From the NCBI GenBank assembly GCA_965247115.1, contig CBDFGR010000001.1, positions 46,651 through 110,650 of the forward strand: a DNA stretch of 64,000 nt. The letters run 5' to 3'. The translations under genes and the position numbers were made by a program. Positions within the stretch are counted from its first letter, which is position 1, and each line of letters opens with the position of its first letter. This document shows positions 20,350 to 31,336 of this stretch, piece after piece. Source of the stretch: Myxococcota bacterium. Its GTDB lineage: Bacteria > Myxococcota_A > UBA9160 > SZUA-336. The notes below the pieces were generated by a model. That model worked only from the letters and a program-made list of their open reading frames with translations, did not search any database and was not told the DNA's origin.

Positions 20350-20922
20350 ATGGACCTGGACAGCAAAATATTCGACGCGCCGGTTCGCACGGACCTCCTT
20401 CACGCGGTGGTCGTGGGACAGCTCGCCAAGCGGCGGAGCGGGACGGCTGCGACGAAGAACCGCTCTCTGGTGTCGGGAGGCGGCGCCAAGCCCTTCAAGC
20501 AGAAAGGAACGGGTCGCGCTCGACAGGGCTCGAGCCGGGTCTCGCAGATGTCGGGCGGCGGGGTCGTATTCGGTCCCCAACCGCGCGGCTTCGAGCAGAA
20601 GATCCCGAAGAAGGTGCGGGCGGCCGCGCTCCGCTCCGCCCTGTCGCTGCGCAAGCGCGATGAGCGGATCCGGGTGATCGACTCCATCGAACTGCCCGAG
20701 ATCAAGACGCGGCTCCTGGCCGAGCAGCTTCGCGAGCTGGGTACCGAGGATGCGTTGATCGTGACCAGGGAGCGCGACGCTCGACTGGAGCTCGCGGGGC
20801 GGAACCTGCCGAAGGTCAAGGTCCTCGCCGTTGCGGGACTGAACGTGAGAGACGTCCTGGCTCGCGAGCATCTCGTGTTGCTGCAGGACGCGCTCGAGGC
20901 AATCGTGGAGAGGCTTGGCTGA
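20350..20922 (+). CDS. rplD: 50S ribosomal protein uL4 (short N-terminus; rplC is missing upstream)
   Basis: KPFKQKGTGRARQGS, GGGVVFGPQPR; first non-overlapping ATG at 20350. Confidence 0.95.
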   Translation: MDLDSKIFDAPVRTDLLHAVVVGQLAKRRSGTAATKNRSLVSGGGAKPFKQKGTGRARQGSSRVSQMSGGGVVFGPQPRGFEQKIPKKVRAAALRSALSLRKRDERIRVIDSIELPEIKTRLLAEQLRELGTEDALIVTRERDARLELAGRNLPKVKVLAVAGLNVRDVLAREHLVLLQDALEAIVERLG

Positions 20923-21209
20923 TGAACCCGCGGCAGGTCATTCAGAGGCCGATCATCACGGAGAAGAGCACGATCGAGCGTGAGACGCACAACATCGTAA
21001 GCTTCGCGGTCAGCACCCACGCGAACAAGCTCGAGATCAAGTCCGCCGTGGAGGAGCTCTTCGACGTGAAGGTCATCGACGTGCGCACGTCGCGGGTCCA
21101 TGGCAAGACCCGCCGCATGGGCAAGCACGCTGGGAAGCGTCCGGACTGGAAGAAGGCTCGAGTGCAGCTCCGCGAGGGCGACAGCATCGAGTTCTTCGAA
21201 GGCGTCTGA
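20922..21209 (+). CDS. rplW: 50S ribosomal protein uL23
   Basis: [17 protein letters not shown]. Confidence 0.97.
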   Translation: MNPRQVIQRPIITEKSTIERETHNIVSFAVSTHANKLEIKSAVEELFDVKVIDVRTSRVHGKTRRMGKHAGKRPDWKKARVQLREGDSIEFFEGV

Positions 21210-21210
21210 A

Positions 21211-22038
21211 GTGCCGAACCGAAAGTACCAACCCACTTCGCCGGCTCGCCGCGCCATGTCGGTCGAGGACTTCTCGGACCTGACGAAGAAGAGGCCCGAG
21301 AAGAAGCTCATCGCTGCCCTGAAGAAGAGCGGCGGCCGCAACAATCATGGCCGGATCACGAGCTTTCACCGCGGAGGGGGCCACAAGCGGCGCTATCGCA
21401 AGATTGACTTCCGGCGCGACAAGCTCGGCATCCCGGCCAGGGTGGCAGCGCTGGAGTACGACCCGAACCGGAGCGCCCGCATCGCGCTGCTGCACTTCGC
21501 GGACGGGGAGAAGCGCTACATCCTGGCGCCGCTCGGTCTCGCCGTGGGCGATGAGCTCATGTCCGGAGAGCGAGCGGAGATTCGGCCGGGCAACTCGTTG
21601 CCGCTCTCGGTGATCCCGCTCGGCACGGTGATCCACAACATCGAGCTCAAGCCGGGCAAGGGCGGACAGCTGGTGCGATCGGCCGGCGTGGGTGCGCAGC
21701 TCATGGCGCGCGAGGGCAAGTACGCGAACGTCAAGCTGCCCTCGAGCGAGACCCGACTCGTCCTGCAGACTTGCAGCGCCACGGTGGGCCAGGTCGGCAA
21801 CACCGACCACGACAACGTCTCCGTAGGCAAGGCGGGCCGCACGCGCTGGTCCGGTCAGCGACCGAATGTCCGCGGCGTCGCGATGAACCCGGTCGACCAC
21901 CCCCACGGAGGTGGCGAGGGCCGCAGCTCGGGCGGCCGGCACCCCGTGACTCCCTGGGGCGTCCCCACCAAGGGTCACCGTACGCGCAAGAACCGAAAAA
22001 CCGATCGACTCATTGTGAAACGACGAGGACAGAAGTAA
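21211..22038 (+). CDS. rplB: 50S ribosomal protein uL2
   Basis: [29 protein letters not shown]; GTG start. Confidence 0.98.
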   Translation: MPNRKYQPTSPARRAMSVEDFSDLTKKRPEKKLIAALKKSGGRNNHGRITSFHRGGGHKRRYRKIDFRRDKLGIPARVAALEYDPNRSARIALLHFADGEKRYILAPLGLAVGDELMSGERAEIRPGNSLPLSVIPLGTVIHNIELKPGKGGQLVRSAGVGAQLMAREGKYANVKLPSSETRLVLQTCSATVGQVGNTDHDNVSVGKAGRTRWSGQRPNVRGVAMNPVDHPHGGGEGRSSGGRHPVTPWGVPTKGHRTRKNRKTDRLIVKRRGQK

Positions 22039-22316
22039 TGGCCAGATCCGTAAAGAAGGGTCCTTACCTCGAGAAGCCGCTCATGAAAAAGGTGGAGCAG
22101 CTGAACGACTCGGATCAGAAGCGCATCGTGCGTACCTGGTCGCGGCGCTCGATGATCCTTCCCGAGATGATCGGCCACACCTTTCACGTTCATAACGGCA
22201 AGCTCTTCATGCCCGTATTCGTGACGGAGAACATGGTCGGGCATCGTCTCGGCGAATTCGCCCCTACTCGTCGCCAGGCCGCTCATGCCGGCGACCGCAG
22301 GCTCAGGCAGAGGTAG
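22038..22316 (+). CDS. rpsS: 30S ribosomal protein uS19
   Basis: [29 protein letters not shown]. Confidence 0.98.
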   Translation: MARSVKKGPYLEKPLMKKVEQLNDSDQKRIVRTWSRRSMILPEMIGHTFHVHNGKLFMPVFVTENMVGHRLGEFAPTRRQAAHAGDRRLRQR

Positions 22317-22320
22317 GGGC

Positions 22321-22668
22321 ATGGAGGTGCGCGCGAGACTCAAGGGCTATCGGATGGGTGCCAGGAAGGGGCGGAAGGTCGCGGATCAGATTCGCAACAA
22401 GTCGTGCGCGCAGGCCCTGGACATTCTTCGCACCACGCCGCGGGAGGCCGGTAGGCCGATCGAGAAGCTCCTGCGCTCCGCCCTCGCGAACGCAGAGGAG
22501 CAGAACGCGCGCCACTCCGCGGGTATCGATCTCGACAACCTGTACGTCAAGAACATCATGGTCGACGAGGGCCCGCGCAGCTGGCGCATTCGACCGCGGG
22601 CCCAGGGTCGTGCCGCATGGATCAACAAAGCCTCGAGCCACGTCAGCGTGATTCTGGACGAGCGCTAG
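22321..22668 (+). CDS. rplV: 50S ribosomal protein uL22
   Basis: [19 protein letters not shown]; synteny. Confidence 0.96.
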   Translation: MEVRARLKGYRMGARKGRKVADQIRNKSCAQALDILRTTPREAGRPIEKLLRSALANAEEQNARHSAGIDLDNLYVKNIMVDEGPRSWRIRPRAQGRAAWINKASSHVSVILDER

Positions 22669-22690
22669 GCAGAAGGTAGGAGACAACACG

Positions 22691-23371
22691 TTGGGTCAGA
22701 AAGTTCACCCGTACGGATTCCGCCTCGGGATCATCAACGGCTGGCAGTCCAACTGGTACGCCGAGCGGAACTTCGCTGCGCTCCTGCACGAAGATCTACG
22801 AATCCGCGACTACATCAAGCAAAAGGTGTTTCACGCCGGAATCAGTCGCATCGGGATCGAACGTCGCGCGGAAAAGATGTCGGTGAACATCCACACCGCC
22901 CGTCCGGGCATCCTGATCGGCAAGCGTGGGGCGGACGTCGAGGCGCTTCGCCTGGAGATTGCGAAGATGACCTCGAACGAGGTCTTCATCAACATTCGCG
23001 AGGTTCGCAAGGCCGAGATCGACGCACAGTTGATCGCCGAGAACATCGCCGCCCAGCTGATTCGCCGCGTCGCCTTTCGGCGCGCCATGAAGAAGGCCCT
23101 GACTTCGGCGATGAAGTTCGGTGCGCAGGGCATCCGGGTCAAGGTGGGCGGTCGGCTCGGAGGTGCAGAGATGTCGCGTACGACCCAGTACATGGAGGGT
23201 CGAGTGCCGCTCCACACGCTGCGGGCCCAGATCGACTACGGGATGGCCGAGGCGAAGGCCTCGTATGGCGTGATCGGGGTCAAAGTCTGGGTGTTCACCG
23301 GGATCGTTCCCGAGGCGCAGGTACAGGACCAGCGTCTCGGTACCGGCTCGTCCGAGGCGCAGGTCGGCTAG
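22691..23371 (+). CDS. rpsC: 30S ribosomal protein uS3
   Basis: [22 protein letters not shown]; TTG start. Confidence 0.98.
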   Translation: MGQKVHPYGFRLGIINGWQSNWYAERNFAALLHEDLRIRDYIKQKVFHAGISRIGIERRAEKMSVNIHTARPGILIGKRGADVEALRLEIAKMTSNEVFINIREVRKAEIDAQLIAENIAAQLIRRVAFRRAMKKALTSAMKFGAQGIRVKVGGRLGGAEMSRTTQYMEGRVPLHTLRAQIDYGMAEAKASYGVIGVKVWVFTGIVPEAQVQDQRLGTGSSEAQVG

Positions 23372-23374
23372 CAC

Positions 23375-23788
23375 ATGCTCCAACCCAAGCGAATGAAGTT
23401 TCGCAAGGTCCAGAAGGGCAGGCTGCGGGGCAAGGCCATGCGCGGCTCCAGCCTTGCATTCGGCGAGTACGGCCTGCAGGCTCTGGAGCACGGTCGGATC
23501 ACGGCCCGCGAGATCGAGGCGGCCCGCATTGCCATGACGCGGCACGCGAAGCGGGGTGGCAAGGTCTGGATCCGCGTCTTCCCGTCCAAGCCGATGACCA
23601 AGCGGCCGCCTGAGACCCGCATGGGCAAGGGGAAGGGGAGCCCCGAGTTCTGGGTCGCCCCCGTGAAGCCGGGCCGCATCCTCTATGAGATGGACGGGGT
23701 GACGGCCGAGGTGGCAAAGGAATCCCTACGGCTTGCGGCGCACAAGATCTCGGTGCGGACGCGGATCCTCGAGAGGACCGAGGCATGA
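23375..23788 (+). CDS. rplP: 50S ribosomal protein uL16
   Basis: [14 protein letters not shown]. Confidence 0.98.
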   Translation: MLQPKRMKFRKVQKGRLRGKAMRGSSLAFGEYGLQALEHGRITAREIEAARIAMTRHAKRGGKVWIRVFPSKPMTKRPPETRMGKGKGSPEFWVAPVKPGRILYEMDGVTAEVAKESLRLAAHKISVRTRILERTEA

Positions 23789-23979
23789 AGGCCGCGGACG
23801 TCAGGAAGTTGACCGACGAGGAGCTGGAGGCACGGGTGCAGGAGGCGCGAGACCATCTGTTCAACCTCAAGATCAAGCACGCGACGGGTCAGCTCGAGAA
23901 CTCCGCGAGCGTGCCTGCTGCGCGCCGCGATCTGGCGCGCGCACTCAGCGTCCGCACAGAGCGAGGTCGAAGCGCATGA
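23785..23979 (+). CDS. rpmC: 50S ribosomal protein uL29
   Basis: [15 protein letters not shown]...RRDLAR. Confidence 0.95.
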   Translation: MKAADVRKLTDEELEARVQEARDHLFNLKIKHATGQLENSASVPAARRDLARALSVRTERGRSA

Positions 23980-24224
23980 GCGAGCGGGGTCTCCAGAAGA
24001 CGCGTGTCGGCGTCGTTGTAAGGGACAGGATGGACAAGTCTGTGATCGTCGAGGTCACCCGGACCGTGCTGCACCCGCTCTACAAGAAACACATACGCAA
24101 GCGCAGCCGGTTCATGGCTCACGACGAGAACAACACCTACAAGATCGGCGACACGGTCCAGATCACCGAGACCCGCCCGCTCTCGCGGCGCAAGCGCTGG
24201 CGGGTCAAGGAGAAGCCTGCGTGA
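23976..24224 (+). CDS. rpsQ: 30S ribosomal protein uS17
   Basis: [24 protein letters not shown]. Confidence 0.97.
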   Translation: MSERGLQKTRVGVVVRDRMDKSVIVEVTRTVLHPLYKKHIRKRSRFMAHDENNTYKIGDTVQITETRPLSRRKRWRVKEKPA

Positions 24225-24589
24225 TCCAGGCCGAGTCGGTTCTGAACGTAGCGGACAACTCCGGCGCACGGCGGGTTTCATGCGTCAAGGTGCTCGGCGG
24301 ATCGCAGCGACGCTACGCCTCGATCGGCGACATCATCATGGTGTCGGTCAAAGAGGCGCTGCCCAACAGCCGCGTAAAGAAGAAGCAGCTGCACAAGGCA
24401 GTGATCGTTCGCACCAGGAAGGAGATCGGCCGCTCCGACGGTTCCTACATTCGCTTCGACAACAACTCGGTGGTGCTGATCGAACAGAACCAGGAGCCGA
24501 TCGGAACGCGCATATTCGGCCCCGTGGCTCGCGAGCTGCGGGCGAAGCGCTTCATGAAGATCGTCTCCCTGGCGCCCGAGGTGCTGTAG
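24221..24589 (+). CDS. rplN: 50S ribosomal protein uL14
   Basis: [19 protein letters not shown]. Confidence 0.98.
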   Translation: MIQAESVLNVADNSGARRVSCVKVLGGSQRRYASIGDIIMVSVKEALPNSRVKKKQLHKAVIVRTRKEIGRSDGSYIRFDNNSVVLIEQNQEPIGTRIFGPVARELRAKRFMKIVSLAPEVL

Positions 24590-24900
24590 TGGCCGCGAAG
24601 GTACGCGTCGGCGACACGGTGGAAGTTCTCTCGGGCAAGAACAAGGGCGCCCGCGGCGCGGTGCTCCGAGTAGATTCGAAGAACAGCAAGGTCCTGGTGG
24701 AACGGATCAACCTCGTCAAGAAGCACCAGAAGCCCAGCGGCGCGAATCGACAGGGGGGCATCATCGAGAAGGAGGCACCGCTGCAGCTCTCGAACGTGGC
24801 TCTCGTCCACAAGGGCGATCGGACCCGCGTCGGGTTCAGGAGCATCGACGGGCAAAGGGTGCGCTGGAGCCGAAAGCATGACGAGGCGATCGATGCCTGA
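24589..24900 (+). CDS. rplX: 50S ribosomal protein uL24
   Basis: [16 protein letters not shown] motif, [10 protein letters not shown]. Confidence 0.97.
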   Translation: MAAKVRVGDTVEVLSGKNKGARGAVLRVDSKNSKVLVERINLVKKHQKPSGANRQGGIIEKEAPLQLSNVALVHKGDRTRVGFRSIDGQRVRWSRKHDEAIDA

Positions 24901-25447
24901 GACCTACGAGCCGCGAGCTCTGGAGCGCTACAGGCAGCGAGCGGTTCCCGCCCTGCGGGAGCGATTCAGCTACAAGAACCCGATGCAGGTACCGAAGCTC
25001 CGAAAGATCACCCTGAACGTGGGGCTCGGCGAGGCGCTGACGAACGCGCGGCTGCTCGAATCTGCCGTCGCGGAGCTCGGCGAGATCAGCGGGCAGAAGG
25101 CGGTGGTGACCAAGGCCAAGAAGTCGGTTGCGAACTTTCGCCTGCGCGAAGGCCAGTCGATCGGGTGCATGGTCACGCTGCGCCGCGAGCGAATGTATGA
25201 GTTCTTCGATCGCCTGGTGAACGTGGCGTTGCCGCGCGTTCGGGACTTCCGGGGTGTCTCTCCGCAAGCCTTCGACGGGCGCGGGAACTACACGCTCGGG
25301 ATCCTGGAGCAGGCGATCTTTCCCGAGATCAACCTGGACAAGATCGAGCGCATCCGGGGCTTGAACGTGAGTATTACAACCACGGCATCGACCGACGAAG
25401 AGGGGCACGCGCTCCTCAGCGAGCTCGGGATGCCCTTTAGGACGTGA
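24893..25447 (+). CDS. rplE: 50S ribosomal protein uL5
   Basis: [19 protein letters not shown]. Confidence 0.98.
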   Translation: MPETYEPRALERYRQRAVPALRERFSYKNPMQVPKLRKITLNVGLGEALTNARLLESAVAELGEISGQKAVVTKAKKSVANFRLREGQSIGCMVTLRRERMYEFFDRLVNVALPRVRDFRGVSPQAFDGRGNYTLGILEQAIFPEINLDKIERIRGLNVSITTTASTDEEGHALLSELGMPFRT

Positions 25448-25454
25448 GACGGCG

Positions 25455-25664
25455 ATGGCCAAGGTATCGAATGTAAATCAGCAGCTTCGCCTGCGCGCGG
25501 ACCGCGCCGCCGGCAAGCTCAAGTTCAAGTCCCGCTACTACAATCGCTGCCGTCGCTGCGGTCGTGCTCGCAGCTACTACCGCAAGTTCGACGTCTGTCG
25601 GATCTGCCTCAGGAAACTTGCGCTGGAGGGCAAGATTCCGGGCATGACGAAGTCGAGCTGGTGA
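25455..25664 (+). CDS. rpsN: 30S ribosomal protein uS14, Zn-binding (C+) type
   Basis: RCRRCGR...CRICLR...KSSW. Confidence 0.97.
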   Translation: MAKVSNVNQQLRLRADRAAGKLKFKSRYYNRCRRCGRARSYYRKFDVCRICLRKLALEGKIPGMTKSSW

Positions 25665-25674
25665 GGGGGCCAAC

Positions 25675-26070
25675 GTGCTGACAGATCCGATCGCCGACCT
25701 GTTGACGCGGATCCGCAACGGCGGGCGTGCGCGTCTCGTGCGCGTCTCGCTGCCCGGTTCACAGCTCAAGGCGGAGATCGCGCGGGTGCTCAAGGAGCTG
25801 GGTTTCATCTCTGGCTTCTCCAAGGAGGGCGACGCGAAGAAACCCACGCTCTCGGTGGAGATCCGCTACAACGCGGAGAACGCCCCGATCATCGAGGGCA
25901 TCGAGCGGGTCTCGCGTCCCAGCCGCCGGGTGTACGTCGGCTGGGACGAGATCCCGCAGGTCCGCAACGGCTTGGGGATCGCAATCCTCTCAACGCCGCG
26001 CGGAGTTCTGACTGATGCGCAGGCCAGGGAATCTCACGTCGGGGGCGAGATCCTGGCGCGGGTGTGGTGA
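25675..26070 (+). CDS. rpsH: 30S ribosomal protein uS8
   Basis: TDPIADLLTRIRN, GLGIAILSTPRG. Confidence 0.98.
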   Translation: MLTDPIADLLTRIRNGGRARLVRVSLPGSQLKAEIARVLKELGFISGFSKEGDAKKPTLSVEIRYNAENAPIIEGIERVSRPSRRVYVGWDEIPQVRNGLGIAILSTPRGVLTDAQARESHVGGEILARVW

Positions 26071-26076
26071 GGAACG

Positions 26077-26619
26077 ATGTCTCGTATAGGCAAGCTGCCC
26101 GTTCCGCTCGGTTCCGGCGTGGAGATCAGCGTCGCGGGAGGATCCGTGCGCGTGAAGGGCCCCAAGGGGGAGCTCTCCGAGGCGCTGGCCCCGCTCACGA
26201 GCATCGAGGTAGCGGACGGTGCGGCGGTCGTGAAGCGAGCAGACGACTCCAAGCGTGCCCGGGCGATGCATGGGCTCATGCGCAGCCTGCTCGCGAACAT
26301 GGCCACTGGGGTGACGGACGGCTTCGAGCGCCGGCTCGAGATCGTGGGGGTCGGGTACAGGGCCGCGGTTGCAAACGAGACGCTCACGCTCAACGTCGGG
26401 TATTCCCATCCCGTCGGGATGGAGATCCCGATGGGCCTCGAGGTGGTAGCCGAGAGCCCGACGCGCCTCGTGGTCAAGGGAGCCAGCAAGCAGGCCGTCG
26501 GCCAGTTCGCCGCGGAGATCCGAAAGATCCGCAAGCCGGAGCCTTACAAGGGAAAGGGAATCCGCTACGCGAACGAACACATCCGCCGCAAGGTCGGTAA
26601 GGCGGGAGCGGGGGTGTAG
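26077..26619 (+). CDS. rplF: 50S ribosomal protein uL6
   Basis: MSRIGKLP, PEPYKGKGIRY. Confidence 0.98.
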   Translation: MSRIGKLPVPLGSGVEISVAGGSVRVKGPKGELSEALAPLTSIEVADGAAVVKRADDSKRARAMHGLMRSLLANMATGVTDGFERRLEIVGVGYRAAVANETLTLNVGYSHPVGMEIPMGLEVVAESPTRLVVKGASKQAVGQFAAEIRKIRKPEPYKGKGIRYANEHIRRKVGKAGAGV

Positions 26620-26621
26620 GC

Positions 26622-26984
26622 ATGGCTATCACGGAACGGAGGCGACTCTGGGAGAGACGCAAGCAGCGCTCGCGAAAGCAGCTCCGGACCTGCGAGCGCC
26701 CGCTGCTCACGGTCTACCGCAGCTCCAAGCACATCTACGCCCAGATCGTCGACCCGCTCACGGGCCGCACGCTGGCGGGGGCATCGACCCGCTCGCCCGC
26801 GCTGCGCCAGGGCTTGACGTCGACCAGCGACGTGGAGGCCGCCAAGCAGGTGGGCTCGGCCATCGCCAGGAAGGCCCTGGACCAGGACATACAGAAGGTG
26901 GTGTTCAACCGAAACGGTTTCGTCTTCTCGGGACGCGTCAAGGCAGTCGCCGACGCGGCCCGAGAAGCCGGCTTGAGTATCTAG
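26622..26984 (+). CDS. rplR: 50S ribosomal protein uL18
   Basis: [23 protein letters not shown]. Confidence 0.97.
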   Translation: MAITERRRLWERRKQRSRKQLRTCERPLLTVYRSSKHIYAQIVDPLTGRTLAGASTRSPALRQGLTSTSDVEAAKQVGSAIARKALDQDIQKVVFNRNGFVFSGRVKAVADAAREAGLSI

Positions 26985-26997
26985 CGTAGGGAAGCAC

Positions 26998-27510
26998 ATG
27001 ACAGCGAGGACAGACGAGAGGCGCGAGTTACTCAACCCGAACGACTTCGAGCTGGAAGAGCGGGTGGTCAGCATCAACCGTGTGGCGAAGGTCGTGCGGG
27101 GCGGGCGCCGCTTCGGTTTCACGGCGCTGGTCGTGATGGGAAACGGGGCCGGGATCGTCGGTTCGGGTATGGGCCGGGCGAACGAGGTTCCCGAGGCGAT
27201 CCGCAAGGGAGTCGAGCAGGCGCGCAAGAGCCTGGTCCGGGTGCCACTGGTGGAGGGCACTATCCCCTACCAGGTCGTGGGTGAGTCCGGAGCTGGCAAG
27301 GTACTTCTCAAGCCTGCCTCCAAGGGCACGGGTGTGATCGCGGGGGGCGCGGTGCGCGCGCTGTGCGAGGCGGCCGGGGTACAGAACGTGCTCACGAAGT
27401 GCTTGGGCACGAGCCGTCCGCACAACGTGATCCGCGCGACGCTCGAGGGTTTTGGGAGGCTGCGGGAGCCCGCAGCCCGGCGCGCGGAGCTGCTGGGCTT
27501 GGAAGCATGA
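26998..27510 (+). CDS. rpsE: 30S ribosomal protein uS5
   Basis: [22 protein letters not shown]. Confidence 0.98.
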   Translation: MTARTDERRELLNPNDFELEERVVSINRVAKVVRGGRRFGFTALVVMGNGAGIVGSGMGRANEVPEAIRKGVEQARKSLVRVPLVEGTIPYQVVGESGAGKVLLKPASKGTGVIAGGAVRALCEAAGVQNVLTKCLGTSRPHNVIRATLEGFGRLREPAARRAELLGLEA

Positions 27511-27701
27511 GCAAAGCAAAAGCAAAACAGATCCGCGTACGGCAGGTGAGGAGCGCGATCGGCTTCCCCCGCGATCAGCGCGCCACACTGCGCGGGCTGC
27601 GCCTGGGTCGGCCCGGCAAGCAGGTTGAGCTCGATGACGGACCTGCGGTGCGGGGCATGATCCGCAAGGTGACTCACCTGGTGGTGGTCGAGGAGGCCTG
27701 A
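27507..27701 (+). CDS. rpmD: 50S ribosomal protein uL30
   Basis: QVRSAIG...[11 protein letters not shown]. Confidence 0.95.
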   Translation: MSKAKAKQIRVRQVRSAIGFPRDQRATLRGLRLGRPGKQVELDDGPAVRGMIRKVTHLVVVEEA

Positions 27702-28171
27702 TGCTGGACCGCCTTGCCCCCGGAGCAGGTGCTCGTAAGCCCCGCAAACGCGTGGGTCGCGGGATCGGGAGCGGCAGCGGCAAGACCTGCGGCCGGGGAC
27801 AGAAGGGCGCGGGCTCGCGCTCCGGCTTCAAGCGAAGGCCCTGGTTCGAGGGTGGCCAAATGCCACTGGCGCGGCGCCTCCCCAAACGGGGCTTCACGAA
27901 CAATTTTCGCCGGCCCTACCAGGTTGTGAACCTGAAGGAGCTGGAACGCTTCGACCGAGGGAGCGCCGTGGACACGGAGACGCTGTCGCGCGCAGGGCTG
28001 GTCGCGCGACCCGACAAGCCGGTCAAGATCCTGGCCGAGGGCGAGATCTCACACGCGCTCAAGCTGCAGGTGGACGCGGTCAGCGCCGCTGCCCGCGCCA
28101 AGATCGAGACGGCGGGCGGCTCGATCGAGATCGTGGCCACACGCAAACGTAGGGGGGGCGGGGGCTCGTGA
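27701..28171 (+). CDS. rplO: 50S ribosomal protein uL15
   Basis: RVGRGIGSGSGKTCGRG, FEGGQMPL. Confidence 0.98.
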   Translation: MLDRLAPGAGARKPRKRVGRGIGSGSGKTCGRGQKGAGSRSGFKRRPWFEGGQMPLARRLPKRGFTNNFRRPYQVVNLKELERFDRGSAVDTETLSRAGLVARPDKPVKILAEGEISHALKLQVDAVSAAARAKIETAGGSIEIVATRKRRGGGGS

Positions 28172-29481
28172 ACCCGGGCGCTGTACAGAACATCGGGCGC
28201 GTTCCCGAGCTCTACCGCCGCATCCTGTTCACTTTCGGGATGCTCGCCGTGTATCGGCTCGGTTGCGCGGTCCCCACTCCGGGCATCGACCCGGAGCAGG
28301 TCCGCAGCTTCTTCGAGGAGACCGGGGGCGGGCTCTTCGGGCTCATCAACTTGTTTACCGGAGGAGCCTTCGAGCAGCTGTCGATCTTCGCGTTGGGGAT
28401 CATGCCCTACATCAGCGCCTCCATCATTCTGCAGCTCCTCACCGTGGTGATCCCGAAGCTCGAGGAGCTGAAGAAGGAAGGCGAGGAGGGCCGCCGCGTC
28501 ATCACGCGCTACACGCGCTATGGCACCGTGGTGCTCGCGATCGTGCAGGGCTTCCTGATGGCCACCGCCCTCGAGCAGGGCGCGTTCGGCCAGAATGCGG
28601 TGCTGTCGCCGGGCTGGAGCTTCCGGATCATGGCGGTCATCACGCTCACCGCCGGAACCTCCTTCATCATGTGGCTCGGAGAGCAGATCAACGAGAGGGG
28701 CATCGGGAACGGCATCTCGCTCGTCATTTTTGCCGGCATCGTCGTCTCGATCCCCTCCGCCACGAGTAATCTCCTCGACCTGGTGAGGACGGACCAGATG
28801 ACGCCCATCGGGGCGATCCTGCTGCTCGGCTTCATGGTGGCTGTCGTCGGCGCCATCGTCTACGTCGAGCGCTCGCAACGGCGCATCCCGATCCAGTACG
28901 CGCGCAGGGTGGTGGGGCGCAAGCAGATCTCCGGCGGCATGACCTACTTCCCCCTGCGGCTCAACACGTCCGGCGTCATCCCGCCGATCTTTGCCTCGTC
29001 GCTTCTGTTGCTGCCACTCCAGGTCTCCGCCTGGGGCGGGATGGAGTCGCTCTCCGACTTTGTGAACGACTACCTCGGCTTTACCGGCATGACCTACAAC
29101 GTGATCTACGTCTCTCTGATCATGTTCTTCGCGTACTTCTATACCGGCATCCTGATCAACCCGGACGACGTTGCGGACAACATCAAGAAGAACGGCGGCT
29201 ACATCCCCGGGATCCGGCCGGGGAAGCGCACTGCCGAGTACATCCTGCGTGTGCTGAACCGGATCACGCTGCTCGGTGCCTGCTACCTGGCGGTTGTCTG
29301 CGTGCTCCCGAACCTGCTGGCGGCGCAGCTCGCAGTGCCGTTCCTGTTCGGAGGGACGGCGCTCCTGATCTGTGTGGGCGTGGCCATGGACACGGTGGGG
29401 CAGATCGAGGCCCACCTGGTTGCGCGCAACTACGACAGCTTCGTGCAGGGCGCAAGGATCCGCGGGCGAGGCGGTCGATGA
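28168..29481 (+). CDS. secY: preprotein translocase subunit SecY
   Basis: SIFALGIMPYISASII, GIGNGISL, IPGIRPG. Confidence 0.98.
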   Translation: MNPGAVQNIGRVPELYRRILFTFGMLAVYRLGCAVPTPGIDPEQVRSFFEETGGGLFGLINLFTGGAFEQLSIFALGIMPYISASIILQLLTVVIPKLEELKKEGEEGRRVITRYTRYGTVVLAIVQGFLMATALEQGAFGQNAVLSPGWSFRIMAVITLTAGTSFIMWLGEQINERGIGNGISLVIFAGIVVSIPSATSNLLDLVRTDQMTPIGAILLLGFMVAVVGAIVYVERSQRRIPIQYARRVVGRKQISGGMTYFPLRLNTSGVIPPIFASSLLLLPLQVSAWGGMESLSDFVNDYLGFTGMTYNVIYVSLIMFFAYFYTGILINPDDVADNIKKNGGYIPGIRPGKRTAEYILRVLNRITLLGACYLAVVCVLPNLLAAQLAVPFLFGGTALLICVGVAMDTVGQIEAHLVARNYDSFVQGARIRGRGGR

Positions 29482-30044
29482 GCGAACAAAACCTGATCCT
29501 GATGGGGCCGCCCGGGGCGGGCAAGGGCACCCAGGCGAAGCGGCTGGCGAAGCACTTCGGGATCCCGCAGATCGCCACCGGCGACATCCTGCGCGAGGCG
29601 GTGGCCTCGGGCTCCGAGACGGGGCAGCGGGCCCAGGCGATCATGGAGCGCGGCGACCTCGTTCCTGACGAGCTCGTGATCGAGATCGCCCGAGAGCGGC
29701 TGGTCAGGGACGACTGCGCCACGGGCTTCGTTCTGGACGGCTTTCCCCGGACGACACGGCAGGCCGAGGCGCTGGACGCTATCCTCGCGGGGAGGGGTCG
29801 GGAGCCGGTGCGAGTCGTCGGTCTCGTCGTGGTCGAGGAGGAGCTCGTCCGGCGAATCCTCAGCCGGGGCGAGGGCCGTTCGGACGACAACGAGGAGTCG
29901 CTCCGGAACCGACTCGAGGTGTACCGGCGCGAGACGGCGCCGGTACTCGAACACTACCGCGGGGCCCTGATCGAGATCGAGGGCGCCGGAGACATGGACC
30001 AGATCGCGAGGGCGATCGTTGCGGCAGTGACAGACGAGCGATGA
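29478..30044 (+). CDS. adk: adenylate kinase (short LID type)
   Basis: GPPGAGKGTQ, LDGFPRT, GRSDD. Confidence 0.97.
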   Translation: MSEQNLILMGPPGAGKGTQAKRLAKHFGIPQIATGDILREAVASGSETGQRAQAIMERGDLVPDELVIEIARERLVRDDCATGFVLDGFPRTTRQAEALDAILAGRGREPVRVVGLVVVEEELVRRILSRGEGRSDDNEESLRNRLEVYRRETAPVLEHYRGALIEIEGAGDMDQIARAIVAAVTDER

Positions 30045-30814
30045 TCCACTTGAAGTCCAAGCACGAGCTCCAGACCATGCGCGAAGCCGGTCGCCACGTA
30101 GGCGAGATCCTGCTTGCCATGCGCGAGCTCGCGAGGCCCGGCTTCAGCACCGCGGAGATCGACCGCGCCGCGCGTCTCGAGATCCGCAAGCGGAAGCTCG
30201 AGTCCTCTTTCCTCGGGTACAGCCCGGGCGGCGCCCCGCCGTATCCGGCGGTCATCTGCACCTCGATCAACGCCGAGATCGTCCACGGCATCCCGGGCAA
30301 GCGCGAGCTCGTGGAGGGCGACATCCTGAAGCTCGATTTCGGCGTCGTCTGCGGCGGCTTTCACGGCGATTCGGCACTCTCCATTCCCGTTGGCGAGATC
30401 AGCGAGGAGTCACGCCGCCTGATCGAGACGACCCGGCGTAGTATGTACGAGGGCATCAAGCACATGTGTCCCGGACAGCGGCTCGGCGACGTGGGCCACG
30501 CGGTCCAGGAGCTGGCGGAAGACGGGGGCTACTCCGTGGTGCGTGACTTCGTCGGGCACGGGGTGGGGAGAGAGCTGCACGAGCCGCCGCAGCTGCCGAA
30601 TTTCGGACGCCCCGGGCGTGGCCAGCGGCTCCGCGCCGGGATGGTGCTGGCGATCGAGCCGATGGTGAACCTCGGCTCGCCAGAGGTGAAGGTTGGTAAG
30701 GACGGCTGGACGGCGACGACGGCGGACGAGCTGTTGTCCTCCCACTTCGAGCACACGGTGGCGATCACAGACAACGGTCCTGAGATCCTCACGGCGGTTC
30801 CGGGAAGTCACTAG
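30041..30814 (+). CDS. map: methionine aminopeptidase type I
   Basis: VHGIP, GHGVG, AIEPM, SHFEHT. Confidence 0.97.
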   Translation: MIHLKSKHELQTMREAGRHVGEILLAMRELARPGFSTAEIDRAARLEIRKRKLESSFLGYSPGGAPPYPAVICTSINAEIVHGIPGKRELVEGDILKLDFGVVCGGFHGDSALSIPVGEISEESRRLIETTRRSMYEGIKHMCPGQRLGDVGHAVQELAEDGGYSVVRDFVGHGVGRELHEPPQLPNFGRPGRGQRLRAGMVLAIEPMVNLGSPEVKVGKDGWTATTADELLSSHFEHTVAITDNGPEILTAVPGSH

Positions 30815-30829
30815 GGTGCTGGAGCGCGC

Positions 30830-30943
30830 ATGAAGGTTCGAGCGAGCGTCCGCAGGATGTGTGACAAGTGCAAGGTCATCCGGAGGAAGGGTGTCGTCCG
30901 CGTGATCTGCGAGAACCCCAAGCACAAGCAACGACAAGGATAA
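30830..30943 (+). CDS. rpmJ: 50S ribosomal protein bL36 (not in ORF track)
   Basis: manual translation [37 protein letters not shown]. Confidence 0.97.
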   Translation: MKVRASVRRMCDKCKVIRRKGVVRVICENPKHKQRQG

Positions 30944-30946
30944 GAC

Positions 30947-31330
30947 ATGGCACGAATTGCTGGCGTGGATCTTCCGCGAGAGAAGGCGATCAAGGTCTCT
31001 CTCACCTACATCTTCGGCATCGGTGACAGCTCCGCGGTGAAGATCTGCGACGAGGCCGGCGTGCCCCGAGAACGCAAGACCTTCGATCTGGACGAGAGCG
31101 AAGTGGTACGGCTTCGCGATGCGATCGAGGAAAAGCACAAGGTCGAGGGAGATCTGCGGCGTGAGCAGACCCAGGCGGTCAAGATGCTGATGGACATTGG
31201 TTGCTACCGGGGCCTTCGACATCGACGTGGCCTCCCGGTGAGAGGACAGCGAACCCATACGAACGCGCGCTGCCGAAAGGGCCCGCGCCGGGCAGTTGCG
31301 GGCAAGAAGAAAGCGCCCACCAAGAAATAG
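30947..31330 (+). CDS. rpsM: 30S ribosomal protein uS13
   Basis: [27 protein letters not shown]. Confidence 0.98.
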   Translation: MARIAGVDLPREKAIKVSLTYIFGIGDSSAVKICDEAGVPRERKTFDLDESEVVRLRDAIEEKHKVEGDLRREQTQAVKMLMDIGCYRGLRHRRGLPVRGQRTHTNARCRKGPRRAVAGKKKAPTKK

Positions 31331-31336
31331 GATGCA

